From positions 13,720-77,719 of the forward strand of contig JBGSWE010000003.1 of the NCBI GenBank assembly GCA_041752595.1: 64,000 nucleotides of DNA, given 5' to 3'. Below, one piece after another: positions 34,735 to 44,167 of the stretch. The notes below the pieces were generated by a model. It was not told the origin of the DNA, made no database searches, and saw only the letters and a program-made list of their open reading frames with translations. Position 1 is the first letter of the stretch. Every line of letters starts with the position of its first letter. Source of the stretch: Candidatus Saccharimonadales bacterium (GTDB lineage Bacteria > Patescibacteriota > Saccharimonadia > Saccharimonadales > JACDBH01). A program made the position numbers and the translations under genes.

Positions 34735-35469
34735 ATGCATAGTTCACAATCTAACTTAGTTGAGCAGATGATACCAACTCCCTTTATCGAGGAGATTGTT
34801 TCGCCGCATACAATTAGTGAAGAAGCACGTCAGTCACAGCTTTTGGTGTTAAATCACGAGGTAGCCCTGCAAAGACAAGGTATACCACTTGGTGATTTAG
34901 CAGTAGGTAGCTTATTAATCAAACATGTAGAAGATTCATACAAAATAATAACAGACGAGCAAACTGGATTATTAAACCGTAAGGGCATGGAGCTTTGGTA
35001 CGAGCGTTATTGCCCAGAAGTATTTGGTGTTATATTTGCCGATGGACGCAATTTTAAACGAGTAAACAAAGTTTATGGTCATGATACTGGCGACCTAGTA
35101 ATACAAAATATTGGGCACCAAGTTGCGTCTAAGTTCCGTATTGGTAATCCTGACAATGCCCACAAGCAACAAAGAAAAGATCCTAATACCAGAGATGCTC
35201 TTGGTATTGTGCGTTGGGGAGGCGATGAGTTTATGATGATTGTTGATTTGACTAGTGTACTAGAATCGCAACGACAAGCAACTCTTAGTATGCTTCAGGA
35301 TCGTTTGCGTAATTTCGGAACAATTACAGATGAAAAAACGGGTAATGAAATCAAAATAGAAATTGACTCTGCCGGTATGATTGGACTTAAGAGTGATCAA
35401 AAGTCACTTAAATTCTACCGTGATCAGCTAGATGCCCAAGTTTCTGAACTAAAAGCTAGCCGTAGCTAA
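34735..35469 (+). CDS. GGDEF-domain diguanylate cyclase
   Basis: GLLNRKG..., GHDTGDLVIQ, and active-site RWGGDEFMMIV. Confidence 0.85.
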   Translation: MHSSQSNLVEQMIPTPFIEEIVSPHTISEEARQSQLLVLNHEVALQRQGIPLGDLAVGSLLIKHVEDSYKIITDEQTGLLNRKGMELWYERYCPEVFGVIFADGRNFKRVNKVYGHDTGDLVIQNIGHQVASKFRIGNPDNAHKQQRKDPNTRDALGIVRWGGDEFMMIVDLTSVLESQRQATLSMLQDRLRNFGTITDEKTGNEIKIEIDSAGMIGLKSDQKSLKFYRDQLDAQVSELKASRS

Positions 35470-35524
35470 AAAAGTTAAATATGCTTTTGTTTAGTTTATA
35501 TAACAGAGTTAAGCTTCATAGTAT

Positions 35525-36109
35525 ATGGAGCTACAAAGTGGAGAACGCAAAAAGCGATTAAAGCGAACGGTAGTTACTAACGCTGGACTAATGCTGTTTT
35601 CTGCTGTAGTTTCTGTGGCTAGTGGTAACACTGCATTTATTGCAGAGGCAACTCATGATGCTGCTGATACTGTTACTCACGGCGGGAGATATTATGCAGA
35701 AGTAAACGGCGTTAACCAGAGTGGACGAAATTTCCAGCGATTTAGTAAAGCCAGTATGTTTATATTGAGTGGCTTGTCTGCCTTTACGGCTGCTCGTTTA
35801 GGAGTGGATTTATTTAACGGTATTGAAGACTCGGGGCAACAATGGGGTGAGCTAGTTGCTTCTGGAGTTGTTGCTGCCGGTAATATCTATGCATACAAGC
35901 AAATGAATGCAGTAGAAGAACATAGTATTGCATCGTCTCATAGCCACCGTCATGCGCGTATAGATATGGTAGCTTCGGTTGGCTTATCTACATTCATTGC
36001 GGTTGATTCATTAGGATTGGATGGAGCTAGCGAACTGGGCGGTGCATTTTTTGCTGGGTATACAGCCTACGAATTGTTCCCAACCGAAAAAAGACTACAC
36101 AGCCACTAA
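35525..36109 (+). CDS. membrane protein, cation-diffusion-facilitator-like N-terminal region (short)
   Basis: NAGLMLFSAVVSVASGNTAFIAEATHDAADTVTH resembles CDF TM1-TM2 (HxxxD). The protein is only 194 aa. Confidence 0.35.
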   Translation: MELQSGERKKRLKRTVVTNAGLMLFSAVVSVASGNTAFIAEATHDAADTVTHGGRYYAEVNGVNQSGRNFQRFSKASMFILSGLSAFTAARLGVDLFNGIEDSGQQWGELVASGVVAAGNIYAYKQMNAVEEHSIASSHSHRHARIDMVASVGLSTFIAVDSLGLDGASELGGAFFAGYTAYELFPTEKRLHSH

Positions 36110-36151
36110 CCAAGCTTGTTTTAACCACTTTTTAGGTGTATAAAAAATGCA

Positions 36152-36700
36152 ATGTCAGATTTTGAAGTAACCACCCCATTATTATCAGATGATATCACGG
36201 CTATTTCTGATGCAATGCAGCTAGGTATTGCAGACGAACTACCATTTTGGGGGCTGATAAAGGGCTATGATATTAATGTATTTCCTGAAGGCGCTGATAA
36301 TGATGGAGTTCCATATATAAAAATCGAACATCTTGGCGGGAAATCCTTGGTAGAGTATCAGCTTGCCCCGCCTCCAGAAGTTATAAATCCAATGGTTGTT
36401 ATTGAACCAAATGAATCTGGTGATATTATCGCTAGGGCAGTTATGGGGCGCATGGTTGTGACTTCAAGCGCTTATCTTATGAAGATAGGTGTTAGAGATG
36501 GAATACCCATAAGCACTAATCAAATTCAGGTCGATGTACTAGATAGAGAAGCAGTAATGACGGTTAATGAATCGCTTGGGATTAATCCTGTTCATGGTGA
36601 GTATGACGATACCGCTTACAGATTTATTAGGAATAAAGCTTACGAAGAACTTCGTTTAGGCTACGTTGCTCAGTTTGCTAGACAATATCTTGCCGCTTAA
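36152..36700 (+). CDS. hypothetical protein (182 aa)
   Basis: ORF track. No motif recognised. Confidence 0.5.
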   Translation: MSDFEVTTPLLSDDITAISDAMQLGIADELPFWGLIKGYDINVFPEGADNDGVPYIKIEHLGGKSLVEYQLAPPPEVINPMVVIEPNESGDIIARAVMGRMVVTSSAYLMKIGVRDGIPISTNQIQVDVLDREAVMTVNESLGINPVHGEYDDTAYRFIRNKAYEELRLGYVAQFARQYLAA

Positions 36701-36738
36701 GATTTTTATCTTCTTATATACAGCGTATACTTGTATAG

Positions 36739-39423
36739 ATGGCTGAAGCGAGGAAAAAATTAGCAATTATTGACGGTAAGAGCGTGTTTTATCGTGGTTA
36801 TTATGCCATGCCAAATCTCAGCACCAAGGACGGTACGCCCACTGGCGGTGTTTATGGCTTTGCTGCCATGTCGCTAGAACTAATTAAGAAACTCAAACCA
36901 GATTATGTTGCCGTAGCTTGGGATAAACCAAAGACGAATATTCGTTCGCGCCTAGCAATCTATCCGGGCTATAAGGCTGGGCGCAAGCCTGCACCACCGG
37001 ATTTTTATGCTCAGATACCGATTTTGCATGACTTACTCAAAACGTTTAGTTGGCCACTCTACGAACTAGACGATTACGAAGCCGACGACATTATGGCTAG
37101 CATGGCTCGTCAGGCTGATGCCGCGGGGCTAGAAACCATGCTTATTTCGTCCGATATGGACATGTTGCAGGCTGTTAATGAACATACGCATATGTATGCA
37201 CTCAAAAAAGGCTTTAGTAATATTGAGCGCTTTGATATTGAAGCATTTGAAGCAAAATACGGCATTACGGTCGAGCAGTTTCTAGATCTAAAGTCACTTA
37301 AAGGGGATAGCTCGGATAATATCCCTGGTGTACCAGGCATCGGCGAAAAAACTGCCGTTCAACTACTACAGGATTATAAAGACATTGATGGCATTTATGA
37401 CAACCTCGCACTTCTCAAAGAAACAGTTCGAAAAAAGCTAGAGGCCGGCCGTGATTCAGCAATCATGAGCAAAAAAGTTGCCCGACTTTTTGATGACGCA
37501 CCGATAACACTTGACTTAGAGGCCATGGACACACGTGATCTAGACGTTCACGCACTTAAATCACTCTTAACGTCCTTAGAGTTTAGGAGTTTGCTGCGCA
37601 ATCTACCTGATTATATGCAGGTTTTAGACGGTGACGGAGAGGTGCAACATTCTGGCTTGCAAACAAGTGCAGGTGAAATTATTCCACTAAAAACAGCAGT
37701 AATTGATTCTGAAGACAAGCTAAATAATCTTAAGCTTGTGGGCAACGAGATAATTATCCATTCGTTTGCTAAGGGAGCTCACGGCAGGGATCCGCAAATA
37801 CTAATACTGGCGGACGCTAAGACAGCATATGTGTTTGATATTCCTAAATTAAATAAAAAATCCTTAGTCTCATATATAAATTCTCATCTATCAAATCTCA
37901 CTTTTGTTGGTTATGACATTAAGTCATCACTCAAGGTACTCATGGATATTGGAGTAGAAACTCTACCAGTAGTCTCCCACGATGTATTAGTTGGAGCTTT
38001 TCTAATTAATTCAATTAGACGAGAGCGAGCGCTGAGCGAGTTAGCTTTTTCTGACCTAGGTTATGGCGGTTCTAGTCTTGACGATTTATCACCAGAAGAT
38101 TTAACGGAGCGGGCCGGTGAAATTGTGGCAGTTATTTGGGCACTCAAAAATTTCCAGGCTGAATCAATAAGTGAGCTAACAAAGATAATTAAGCTAAGTG
38201 ACGAGGTAGAGTGGCCAGTAATCCCAGTTTTAGCCCGCATGGAGTATGAGGGAATTGGACTGGATGAACAGTACTTAAGTGTTATGAGCGTAGAGCTGGC
38301 CGATAAAATTAGTGACATTGAACAAACAATCTATGGTCATGCCGATCAAGAGTTTAATATCTCTAGCCCGTCTCAGTTATCCGACATATTATTTGTAAAA
38401 TTGAACCTGCCAAGTAAACTGAGCAAAAAGGGCAAAGCTGGGCATTTTAGCACCGCAACCGATGTATTGAATAGGTTACGTGACCTGCATCCAATTATTA
38501 GCGACATAGAGCTATACCGTGAGTACACTAAACTCAAAAGTACATATGTTGATGCCTTGCCTAAACTAATCGATAACGCAGGACGCATCCACACTACATT
38601 TAGCTTGACTACGGCAGCAACCGGGAGACTAAGCTCGGTAGATCCAAATTTACAGAACATTCCTGTTCGGACTGAGCTTGGCAAAAAAATACGAACTGCA
38701 TTTGTAGCTAAACCAGGCCATGTTTTTGTTAGCGCAGATTACAGTCAGTTTGAACTACGTTTGGCGGCAGAACTTAGTGGTGACGAGGAAATGATTGAGG
38801 CATTTAATAAAGATCAAGACATTCATGCTCTAACTGCAGCGGCCGTTATGAACATTAACCCGGAAGAAGTCACCAAAGAGATGCGCTACCGTGCAAAAGC
38901 TGTTAATTTTGGCATCATGTACGGCCAGGGACCGCATGGTTTGGCCGAGCAAACTGGAATGGGTTTTGCCGAAGCGAAAGAGTTTATTACTAAATACTTT
39001 ATAGTTCGTCCCAAACTCAAGCAATACATGGAGCATTTACGCAAAATGGCACTCGAGAAAGGTTATGTTGAAACAATTCTAGGCCGCCGTCGCCCTACGC
39101 CTGACGTGCAAAGTAGCAACTTTATGGTGCGTGAAGGCGCTTACCGCCAAGCTATTAATATGCCAATACAGGGTAGTGCTGCAGATTTAACAAAACTCGC
39201 TATGGTGGCCCTGGAAGCTAAGTTCAAAGTTGAAAGTAAAAAGTTTAAAGTTGAACCAAGGCAACTACTACAAATTCATGACTCCATTTTGGTTGAGTGC
39301 GCAGAGGAAGATGCAGAACACGTAGGCAAGCTTATAAAAGAAACAATGGAAGGTGTCTACCCGGACCTGGGAGTTAAAATTAAAGCAGATGTAAGTGTTG
39401 GCAATAATTGGGGAGAATTATAA
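36739..39423 (+). CDS. polA: DNA polymerase I
   Basis: 5' nuclease domain (GVYGF..., LKGDSSDNIPGVPGIGEKTA). Pol A motifs (DYSQFELRLAAELSGD, RYRAKAVNFGIMYGQ, QIHDSILVE). Confidence 0.97.
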   Translation: MAEARKKLAIIDGKSVFYRGYYAMPNLSTKDGTPTGGVYGFAAMSLELIKKLKPDYVAVAWDKPKTNIRSRLAIYPGYKAGRKPAPPDFYAQIPILHDLLKTFSWPLYELDDYEADDIMASMARQADAAGLETMLISSDMDMLQAVNEHTHMYALKKGFSNIERFDIEAFEAKYGITVEQFLDLKSLKGDSSDNIPGVPGIGEKTAVQLLQDYKDIDGIYDNLALLKETVRKKLEAGRDSAIMSKKVARLFDDAPITLDLEAMDTRDLDVHALKSLLTSLEFRSLLRNLPDYMQVLDGDGEVQHSGLQTSAGEIIPLKTAVIDSEDKLNNLKLVGNEIIIHSFAKGAHGRDPQILILADAKTAYVFDIPKLNKKSLVSYINSHLSNLTFVGYDIKSSLKVLMDIGVETLPVVSHDVLVGAFLINSIRRERALSELAFSDLGYGGSSLDDLSPEDLTERAGEIVAVIWALKNFQAESISELTKIIKLSDEVEWPVIPVLARMEYEGIGLDEQYLSVMSVELADKISDIEQTIYGHADQEFNISSPSQLSDILFVKLNLPSKLSKKGKAGHFSTATDVLNRLRDLHPIISDIELYREYTKLKSTYVDALPKLIDNAGRIHTTFSLTTAATGRLSSVDPNLQNIPVRTELGKKIRTAFVAKPGHVFVSADYSQFELRLAAELSGDEEMIEAFNKDQDIHALTAAAVMNINPEEVTKEMRYRAKAVNFGIMYGQGPHGLAEQTGMGFAEAKEFITKYFIVRPKLKQYMEHLRKMALEKGYVETILGRRRPTPDVQSSNFMVREGAYRQAINMPIQGSAADLTKLAMVALEAKFKVESKKFKVEPRQLLQIHDSILVECAEEDAEHVGKLIKETMEGVYPDLGVKIKADVSVGNNWGEL

Positions 39424-40031
39424 TGAGCGAAAATGTTACAACGATACAATCCTATGAAGATCATACCCAGGAATATATAGATGGTACGCCTCAAGAAGTA
39501 AGTGGTACAGTTAAAGATTGGATAGATACTTCTTTAGCCCTAATACCAGAACAAGGCGAAATTCTTGAACTCGGAAGTGCTTTTGGTAGAGATGCAGCTT
39601 ATATGGAAGAACGAGGTTTTATTGTCCATAGGACTGACGTCGTACAGGGTTTTGTTAAGTTGTTGCGTTCACAAGGTCATCAAGCTCGGTCATTAAATGC
39701 TTTGACCGGCGAACTTGGTAGTCCATATGATATGGTTTTTGCTAATGCAGTACTGCTTCATTTTACACCTGAGGAGACAGGAAGAGTTGTCCAAAAAGTC
39801 CATAAGTCGTTAAGTCCAAATGGTGTTTTTGCTTTTACACTCAAACAAGGACTCGGAGAAGAAATTTCTGTAGAAAAACTAGGAGCGCCAAGGTATTTTA
39901 ACTATTGGCAACCAGATGCTCTTGTAGATGTTATTGAGGGTGCTGATTTTGAAGTCGTACAACTAAATGATGCCGACAGCTCAAATCGCACCGACGTGAC
40001 TTGGTTACATGCCATAGCACGCAAAAAATAG
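39423..40031 (+). CDS. class I SAM-dependent methyltransferase
   Basis: Motif I ILELGSAFGRDA. The ATG overlaps the polA stop (TAATG). Confidence 0.75.
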   Translation: MSENVTTIQSYEDHTQEYIDGTPQEVSGTVKDWIDTSLALIPEQGEILELGSAFGRDAAYMEERGFIVHRTDVVQGFVKLLRSQGHQARSLNALTGELGSPYDMVFANAVLLHFTPEETGRVVQKVHKSLSPNGVFAFTLKQGLGEEISVEKLGAPRYFNYWQPDALVDVIEGADFEVVQLNDADSSNRTDVTWLHAIARKK

Positions 40032-40048
40032 GGTAAGATGTAAGTATA

Positions 40049-40651
40049 ATGATTAAGGCTATAATTTTTGATTGTTTTGGCGTACTTGTTCAGCGCGAAG
40101 GTCATGAGTTCTATAAATCCGCCAAAGACAAAGCAACGCAACACAAGATAACTGACCTAGAACGCGAAGCAGACCTAGGTGGAATATCGGAAGAAGAGTT
40201 TAATAAAAAGGTTGCAGAACTAACAGGATCTACGCCAGCAGAAGTTGCCGCAGAGACGTCAAAATATCGCCACAACCAAGAGCTATTGGATTTTGCCCAA
40301 ACTTTACGAAAGAACTATAAAGTATCGATTATCACAAATGTCAGCAAGGGGACATTAAAAAGATTCTTTACTGACGATGAGTTAAATAGACTGTTTGATG
40401 ACGTTGTTATATCTAGTGAAGTGGGCTTAGTTAAACCAGACCCCGAAATATTTTCTTTGGCTGGACGCCGCTTAGCTCTAAGACCCGAAGAGTGTATATT
40501 TATCGACGATACAGCAATAAACTGCTTGGCTGCCTCACAGTCTGGCATAAAAGCCATCGCTTACCTAGGTAATTCTCACACAATAAAAATGATTAATGTT
40601 TTACTAGCATATGAAAAAGATGAATCATCAATTAGACAAAATAATAGTTGA
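40049..40651 (+). CDS. HAD family hydrolase (paralog 1)
   Basis: Motif I IIFDCFGVL, motif II ITNVS, motif III/IV KPDPEIF...IFIDD. Confidence 0.85.
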   Translation: MIKAIIFDCFGVLVQREGHEFYKSAKDKATQHKITDLEREADLGGISEEEFNKKVAELTGSTPAEVAAETSKYRHNQELLDFAQTLRKNYKVSIITNVSKGTLKRFFTDDELNRLFDDVVISSEVGLVKPDPEIFSLAGRRLALRPEECIFIDDTAINCLAASQSGIKAIAYLGNSHTIKMINVLLAYEKDESSIRQNNS

Positions 40652-40728
40652 CGTTATGACGTCATGACTCTATAATGTCAATGAGTATTTAATTTAGTCT
40701 AAATAATTATGAATGAAATGAGAATGAA

Positions 40729-41010
40729 ATGAGCAATTTAACCAATAAGTCTCAAAATGAAAAAACAACAATTTACCTTGATCCAAAGGTTAAAAAAAGC
40801 GTTCAATACTATGCCCTTCGTGATGACTCTAGTTTGTCAAAAATTATCAATGATAAGCTGTATGAATACCTTGAAGACATGGCAGACATTGCAGCGCTTG
40901 AAGAAGCAAACAATGATAATGAAATGCCTATACCTCTTGATCAAGCCATTAAAGAATTGGGATTTGATATAAATGAACTACACCGTCGAGCTCAGACCCA
41001 AGGTAAGTAA
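40729..41010 (+). CDS. ribbon-helix-helix type II antitoxin
   Basis: TTIYLDPKVKKSVQYYALRDDSSLSKIINDKLYEYL is an RHH pattern. Overlaps the RelE/ParE toxin gene by 38 nt. Confidence 0.65.
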   Translation: MSNLTNKSQNEKTTIYLDPKVKKSVQYYALRDDSSLSKIINDKLYEYLEDMADIAALEEANNDNEMPIPLDQAIKELGFDINELHRRAQTQGK

Positions 41011-41230
41011 AGACCTCAAAAAAATAGACAAACGCGATGCAATACGTATAGCTGAACGAATAGTAGCATTGTCTTATAATCCCTTTCCTCTCGCATCTAC
41101 AAAGATGGTTGGCCAAGACGCATATCGGCTTCGAGTAGGCGACTATAGGGTTCTATACGAAGTTCATAACCATATACTTCTAGTTCATGTCTTAAGAGTA
41201 GGCCACCGTAAACAAATTTATAAGGACTAA
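40973..41230 (+). CDS. RelE/ParE family type II toxin
   Basis: YRLRVGDYRVLYEVHNHILLVHVLRVGHRKQIY is the family signature. Confidence 0.85.
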   Translation: MNYTVELRPKVSKDLKKIDKRDAIRIAERIVALSYNPFPLASTKMVGQDAYRLRVGDYRVLYEVHNHILLVHVLRVGHRKQIYKD

Positions 41231-41234
41231 TAAC

Positions 41235-41402
41235 ATGACACATATATACACTCAAAAACTTAGAAAAGTAGGTAATGATGTTGGCTTTACTATACCAAAG
41301 TCAATAGTTGAGAAATACGATATAAAAATTGGGGATCCCGTTATGATAACTTTTGAAGTAAAAAATGGGGTCAATAAAGCAGTGGTAACAATTCTAAGAT
41401 GA
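41235..41402 (+). CDS. AbrB/MazE (SpoVT-AbrB) domain protein, 55 aa
   Basis: MTHIYTQKLRKVGNDVGFTIPKSIVEKYDIKIGDPV... is a swapped-hairpin barrel pattern. Below the ORF-track cut-off. Its stop overlaps the next ATG (ATGA). Confidence 0.6.
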   Translation: MTHIYTQKLRKVGNDVGFTIPKSIVEKYDIKIGDPVMITFEVKNGVNKAVVTILR

Positions 41403-41974
41403 TTAAGGCTATAATTTTTGATTGTTTCGGCGTACTGGCCGAAGATGCTTGGCTACCTTTTAAGCGCAAATACATCGGCGATAACCAAGAGGTCGCAGAT
41501 GCTATCACTAATCTGGGCCTACAAAATGAATATGGAGTTATTAATAACGATCAATATTTTGCCGAGTCAGCAAAGCTTATGGGCGTTGACGAACAAGAAC
41601 TACGAGCAATATTAGGCAAACGTGTTCCAAATTTAGAACTTTTTGAGTTTATAAAGATATCACTCAAGCCAAAGTACAAAATCGGTCTACTGAGCAATGC
41701 TAACTATGATATTTTAAGTGAACTATTTTCACCTGCTCAGGCTGAGTTTTTTGATGCTGACGTGTTGTCTTATAAAGATAAACTTATTAAGCCAGACCCA
41801 CGAATGTTTCAGCTTATTGCCGAGAGGCTAAGATGTGATGTTGATGAATGCGTATTCATAGATGATGTCGAGCGCTACTGCGTGGCTGCTGAAAGTATAG
41901 GCATGAAAACAGTTTTATACAAAGATACAAACCAAGCAATTGCGGCTATCCGCTCAATTCTTAGAAGCCAATAA
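41399..41974 (+). CDS. HAD family hydrolase (paralog 2)
   Basis: Motifs IIFDCFGVL, LLSNAN, KPDPRMF, VFIDD. Confidence 0.85.
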   Translation: MIKAIIFDCFGVLAEDAWLPFKRKYIGDNQEVADAITNLGLQNEYGVINNDQYFAESAKLMGVDEQELRAILGKRVPNLELFEFIKISLKPKYKIGLLSNANYDILSELFSPAQAEFFDADVLSYKDKLIKPDPRMFQLIAERLRCDVDECVFIDDVERYCVAAESIGMKTVLYKDTNQAIAAIRSILRSQ

Positions 41975-42034
41975 TCGGTATAAGTAAGCAGTCTTACACT
42001 ACGAGGGTAAGTTATCGTGTTAGGCTATGAGTAG

Positions 42035-42862
42035 ATGAAAAAACAGATTACAACAATCCCTTCAGTAAAGTTAAACAACGACTTTATGATTCCACAAGTT
42101 GGCTATGGCATGTGGCAGGTAAAAAATAGGAAAGAGTGTATTGATGTAGTAACGTCCGCAGTAGAAGCCGGCTATCGTCATTTTGATACTGCTCAAGTTT
42201 ATGGAAACGAAGAATACTTGGCCGAAGGATTTAAGGCGGCAAAATTAGAGCGCAAAGATGCCTTTATTACTACCAAAATATTTATTAATAATTTTCTGAG
42301 ATTAGAAAAAAGCTTAGACACATCACTAGAAAAACTTGGCACCGACTACGTGGATTTGTTGTTGCTTCATTTTCCGGTTACCGGTCTTCGCAAAAATGCC
42401 TGGAAAAATCTTGAGGTAGCGCACAAAAAGGGCAAAGCTCGATCAATTGGCGTTAGTAACTATACAATTCGCCATCTGAAGCAGCTTCTAAAATACGCAA
42501 CTATTATTCCGGCCGTCAACCAAGTAGAGTTGCATGTATTCTTGCAACAACCCGAGTTACTAAGCTTTTGCAAAGAGCATGGTATTGTAGTGCAAGCTTA
42601 TTCGCCACTAGCACACGGACAGGGTATGGATGATCCAGTTCTGCTCTCTATCGCTGACAAACACAACAAAACAGCGGCTCAGATTATGCTGCGTTGGTGT
42701 ATAGAAGTTGGTACCATACCACTGCCTAAATCAATTACGCCAGAGCGCATAAAACAAAATATTGATATCTTCGACTTCAAACTAGACGCCGAAGATCTGC
42801 AGGCAATAAAGGGATTAGAAAAAGGTCTAAGGACCTGTTGGGACCCTACCAAAACTCCCTAA
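42035..42862 (+). CDS. aldo/keto reductase
   Basis: GYRHFDTAQVYGNE, GVSNY, NQVELH and LPKS are AKR family motifs. Confidence 0.9.
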   Translation: MKKQITTIPSVKLNNDFMIPQVGYGMWQVKNRKECIDVVTSAVEAGYRHFDTAQVYGNEEYLAEGFKAAKLERKDAFITTKIFINNFLRLEKSLDTSLEKLGTDYVDLLLLHFPVTGLRKNAWKNLEVAHKKGKARSIGVSNYTIRHLKQLLKYATIIPAVNQVELHVFLQQPELLSFCKEHGIVVQAYSPLAHGQGMDDPVLLSIADKHNKTAAQIMLRWCIEVGTIPLPKSITPERIKQNIDIFDFKLDAEDLQAIKGLEKGLRTCWDPTKTP

Positions 42863-43794
42863 GAATCTATAGGTTCGTTAGTTCTTTCTAGGCGTCGTTC
42901 AATAATTTTGTCTAATAGATGAAGTCGATGAGCTATAAAATCTCGGGCCTCTTCTGCTTTAGGAGATAGCGATTCTGCTCTAAATACTCCTAAGCGGTCT
43001 ACAATAAATTCTTCGTAAATTTGACGTAGCTGTGTAAGCCCAAAGATATCGGCTCCTTCAATAATTTTTTCGCTATTTTTAAATCCTGGGATGCTCTTAC
43101 CGGGCATTGCAAAATCTCGAACTTGGCGAGCGACACCGATGGTAGTGATAGAAGGGTCAAGTTTCATAGCTGCCTCTGAGGCACCAGCATAAAAAGCTTC
43201 ATGTCGCACTTCATCACGTATTACAAACCCCAAGGCTCGACGTACTACTCCAAGAGATTTAGGAATTCTAACCATTGTATTGCGGTGGGATACTTTTGTA
43301 GCAGGTTCTTGTATTCCTGGGTAAATAAAACTCTCCACCGTAGATGCAGGCTGCGGTGTTTCGGGGTAGCGCATCATAGTCATGCGTGCTCGTTCAAGTG
43401 CTTGCATATTAAAACCGAGCTTATGCATTAAGAGGCTAATTGTTGGCGCATGTCGTCCTTCGTCAGCCGTCCAAAAATGCGACCATTCAAGCAAGGGGTG
43501 GCCCTTTGGAACGCGCCTTTGAATAGTACTGGTGTATTCAGGCAACCCTTCCTCGGTAAGTAGATTCACGAATAGTGCTGCTGATGTGGCTGGATCAATT
43601 TGTGTTTCTGGGTCTCGTAAATCAATTACCCCATCACCTATTAATTGTTGTAATTCATCAGCAAAATCATAAGGGAAATATTCTTTCTCACTATGTAGGT
43701 GAGCACTTGCAAGGCTGCCAATCTGATCACTTAGTTCTCTTAAGAACATTTCATCAGTGTGTCCCAAATCTGGTAAGTCTATTTTCTCTGCCAT
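42859..43794 (-). CDS. acyl-ACP desaturase-like di-iron (ferritin-like) protein
   Basis: TEEGLPEY, WTADEGRHAPTIS and DEVRHEAFY are the paired EXXH di-iron motifs of soluble desaturases. Confidence 0.75.
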   Translation of the reverse strand: MAEKIDLPDLGHTDEMFLRELSDQIGSLASAHLHSEKEYFPYDFADELQQLIGDGVIDLRDPETQIDPATSAALFVNLLTEEGLPEYTSTIQRRVPKGHPLLEWSHFWTADEGRHAPTISLLMHKLGFNMQALERARMTMMRYPETPQPASTVESFIYPGIQEPATKVSHRNTMVRIPKSLGVVRRALGFVIRDEVRHEAFYAGASEAAMKLDPSITTIGVARQVRDFAMPGKSIPGFKNSEKIIEGADIFGLTQLRQIYEEFIVDRLGVFRAESLSPKAEEARDFIAHRLHLLDKIIERRLERTNEPIDS

Positions 43795-43798
43795 ACTG

Positions 43799-44044
43799 CT
43801 ATTTTACACCTCCTATGCGAATAAATAATTTTTTGTCAGTGTCGAGTTCTTTTTTTAGCTTATGCAACAGCGGGCGCAGACTACCAGCTAAACCTGCTGA
43901 TGCGGTTGTAATAGTAATGCTGTGAGCCTGCACGCTTACACTTACATCGCTACTGAATGTCTTGCGTATAAAAGTCTTGATAGCCTCTATCTCTGGTGGT
44001 TCATCAAAATTACGCTTTCCCAAAATGTCTTGCAAACTATCCAT
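43799..44044 (-). CDS. DUF721/DciA-like small protein
   Basis: ATG at 44044 (MDSLQDILGKR...). VSVQAHSITITTASAGLAGSLRPLLHKLKKEL resembles the DUF721 pattern. Confidence 0.45.
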   Translation of the reverse strand: MDSLQDILGKRNFDEPPEIEAIKTFIRKTFSSDVSVSVQAHSITITTASAGLAGSLRPLLHKLKKELDTDKKLFIRIGGVK

Positions 44045-44167
44045 AATATAAGTGTACACCAGATAGGTGGTTAATAAATAAGTGGACAAGTCCAGAGATT
44101 ATTTACTTGTTAATTTTACAACTGCGCATACAATTAGAATCAAGGTCATTTACATAAGCAATATTTT

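Noticed and set aside
40757-40972. 71-aa alternative-frame ORF inside the antitoxin gene.
   Set aside because: It overlaps the RHH antitoxin frame completely, has no SD, and its Lys/Leu-rich sequence has no motif.
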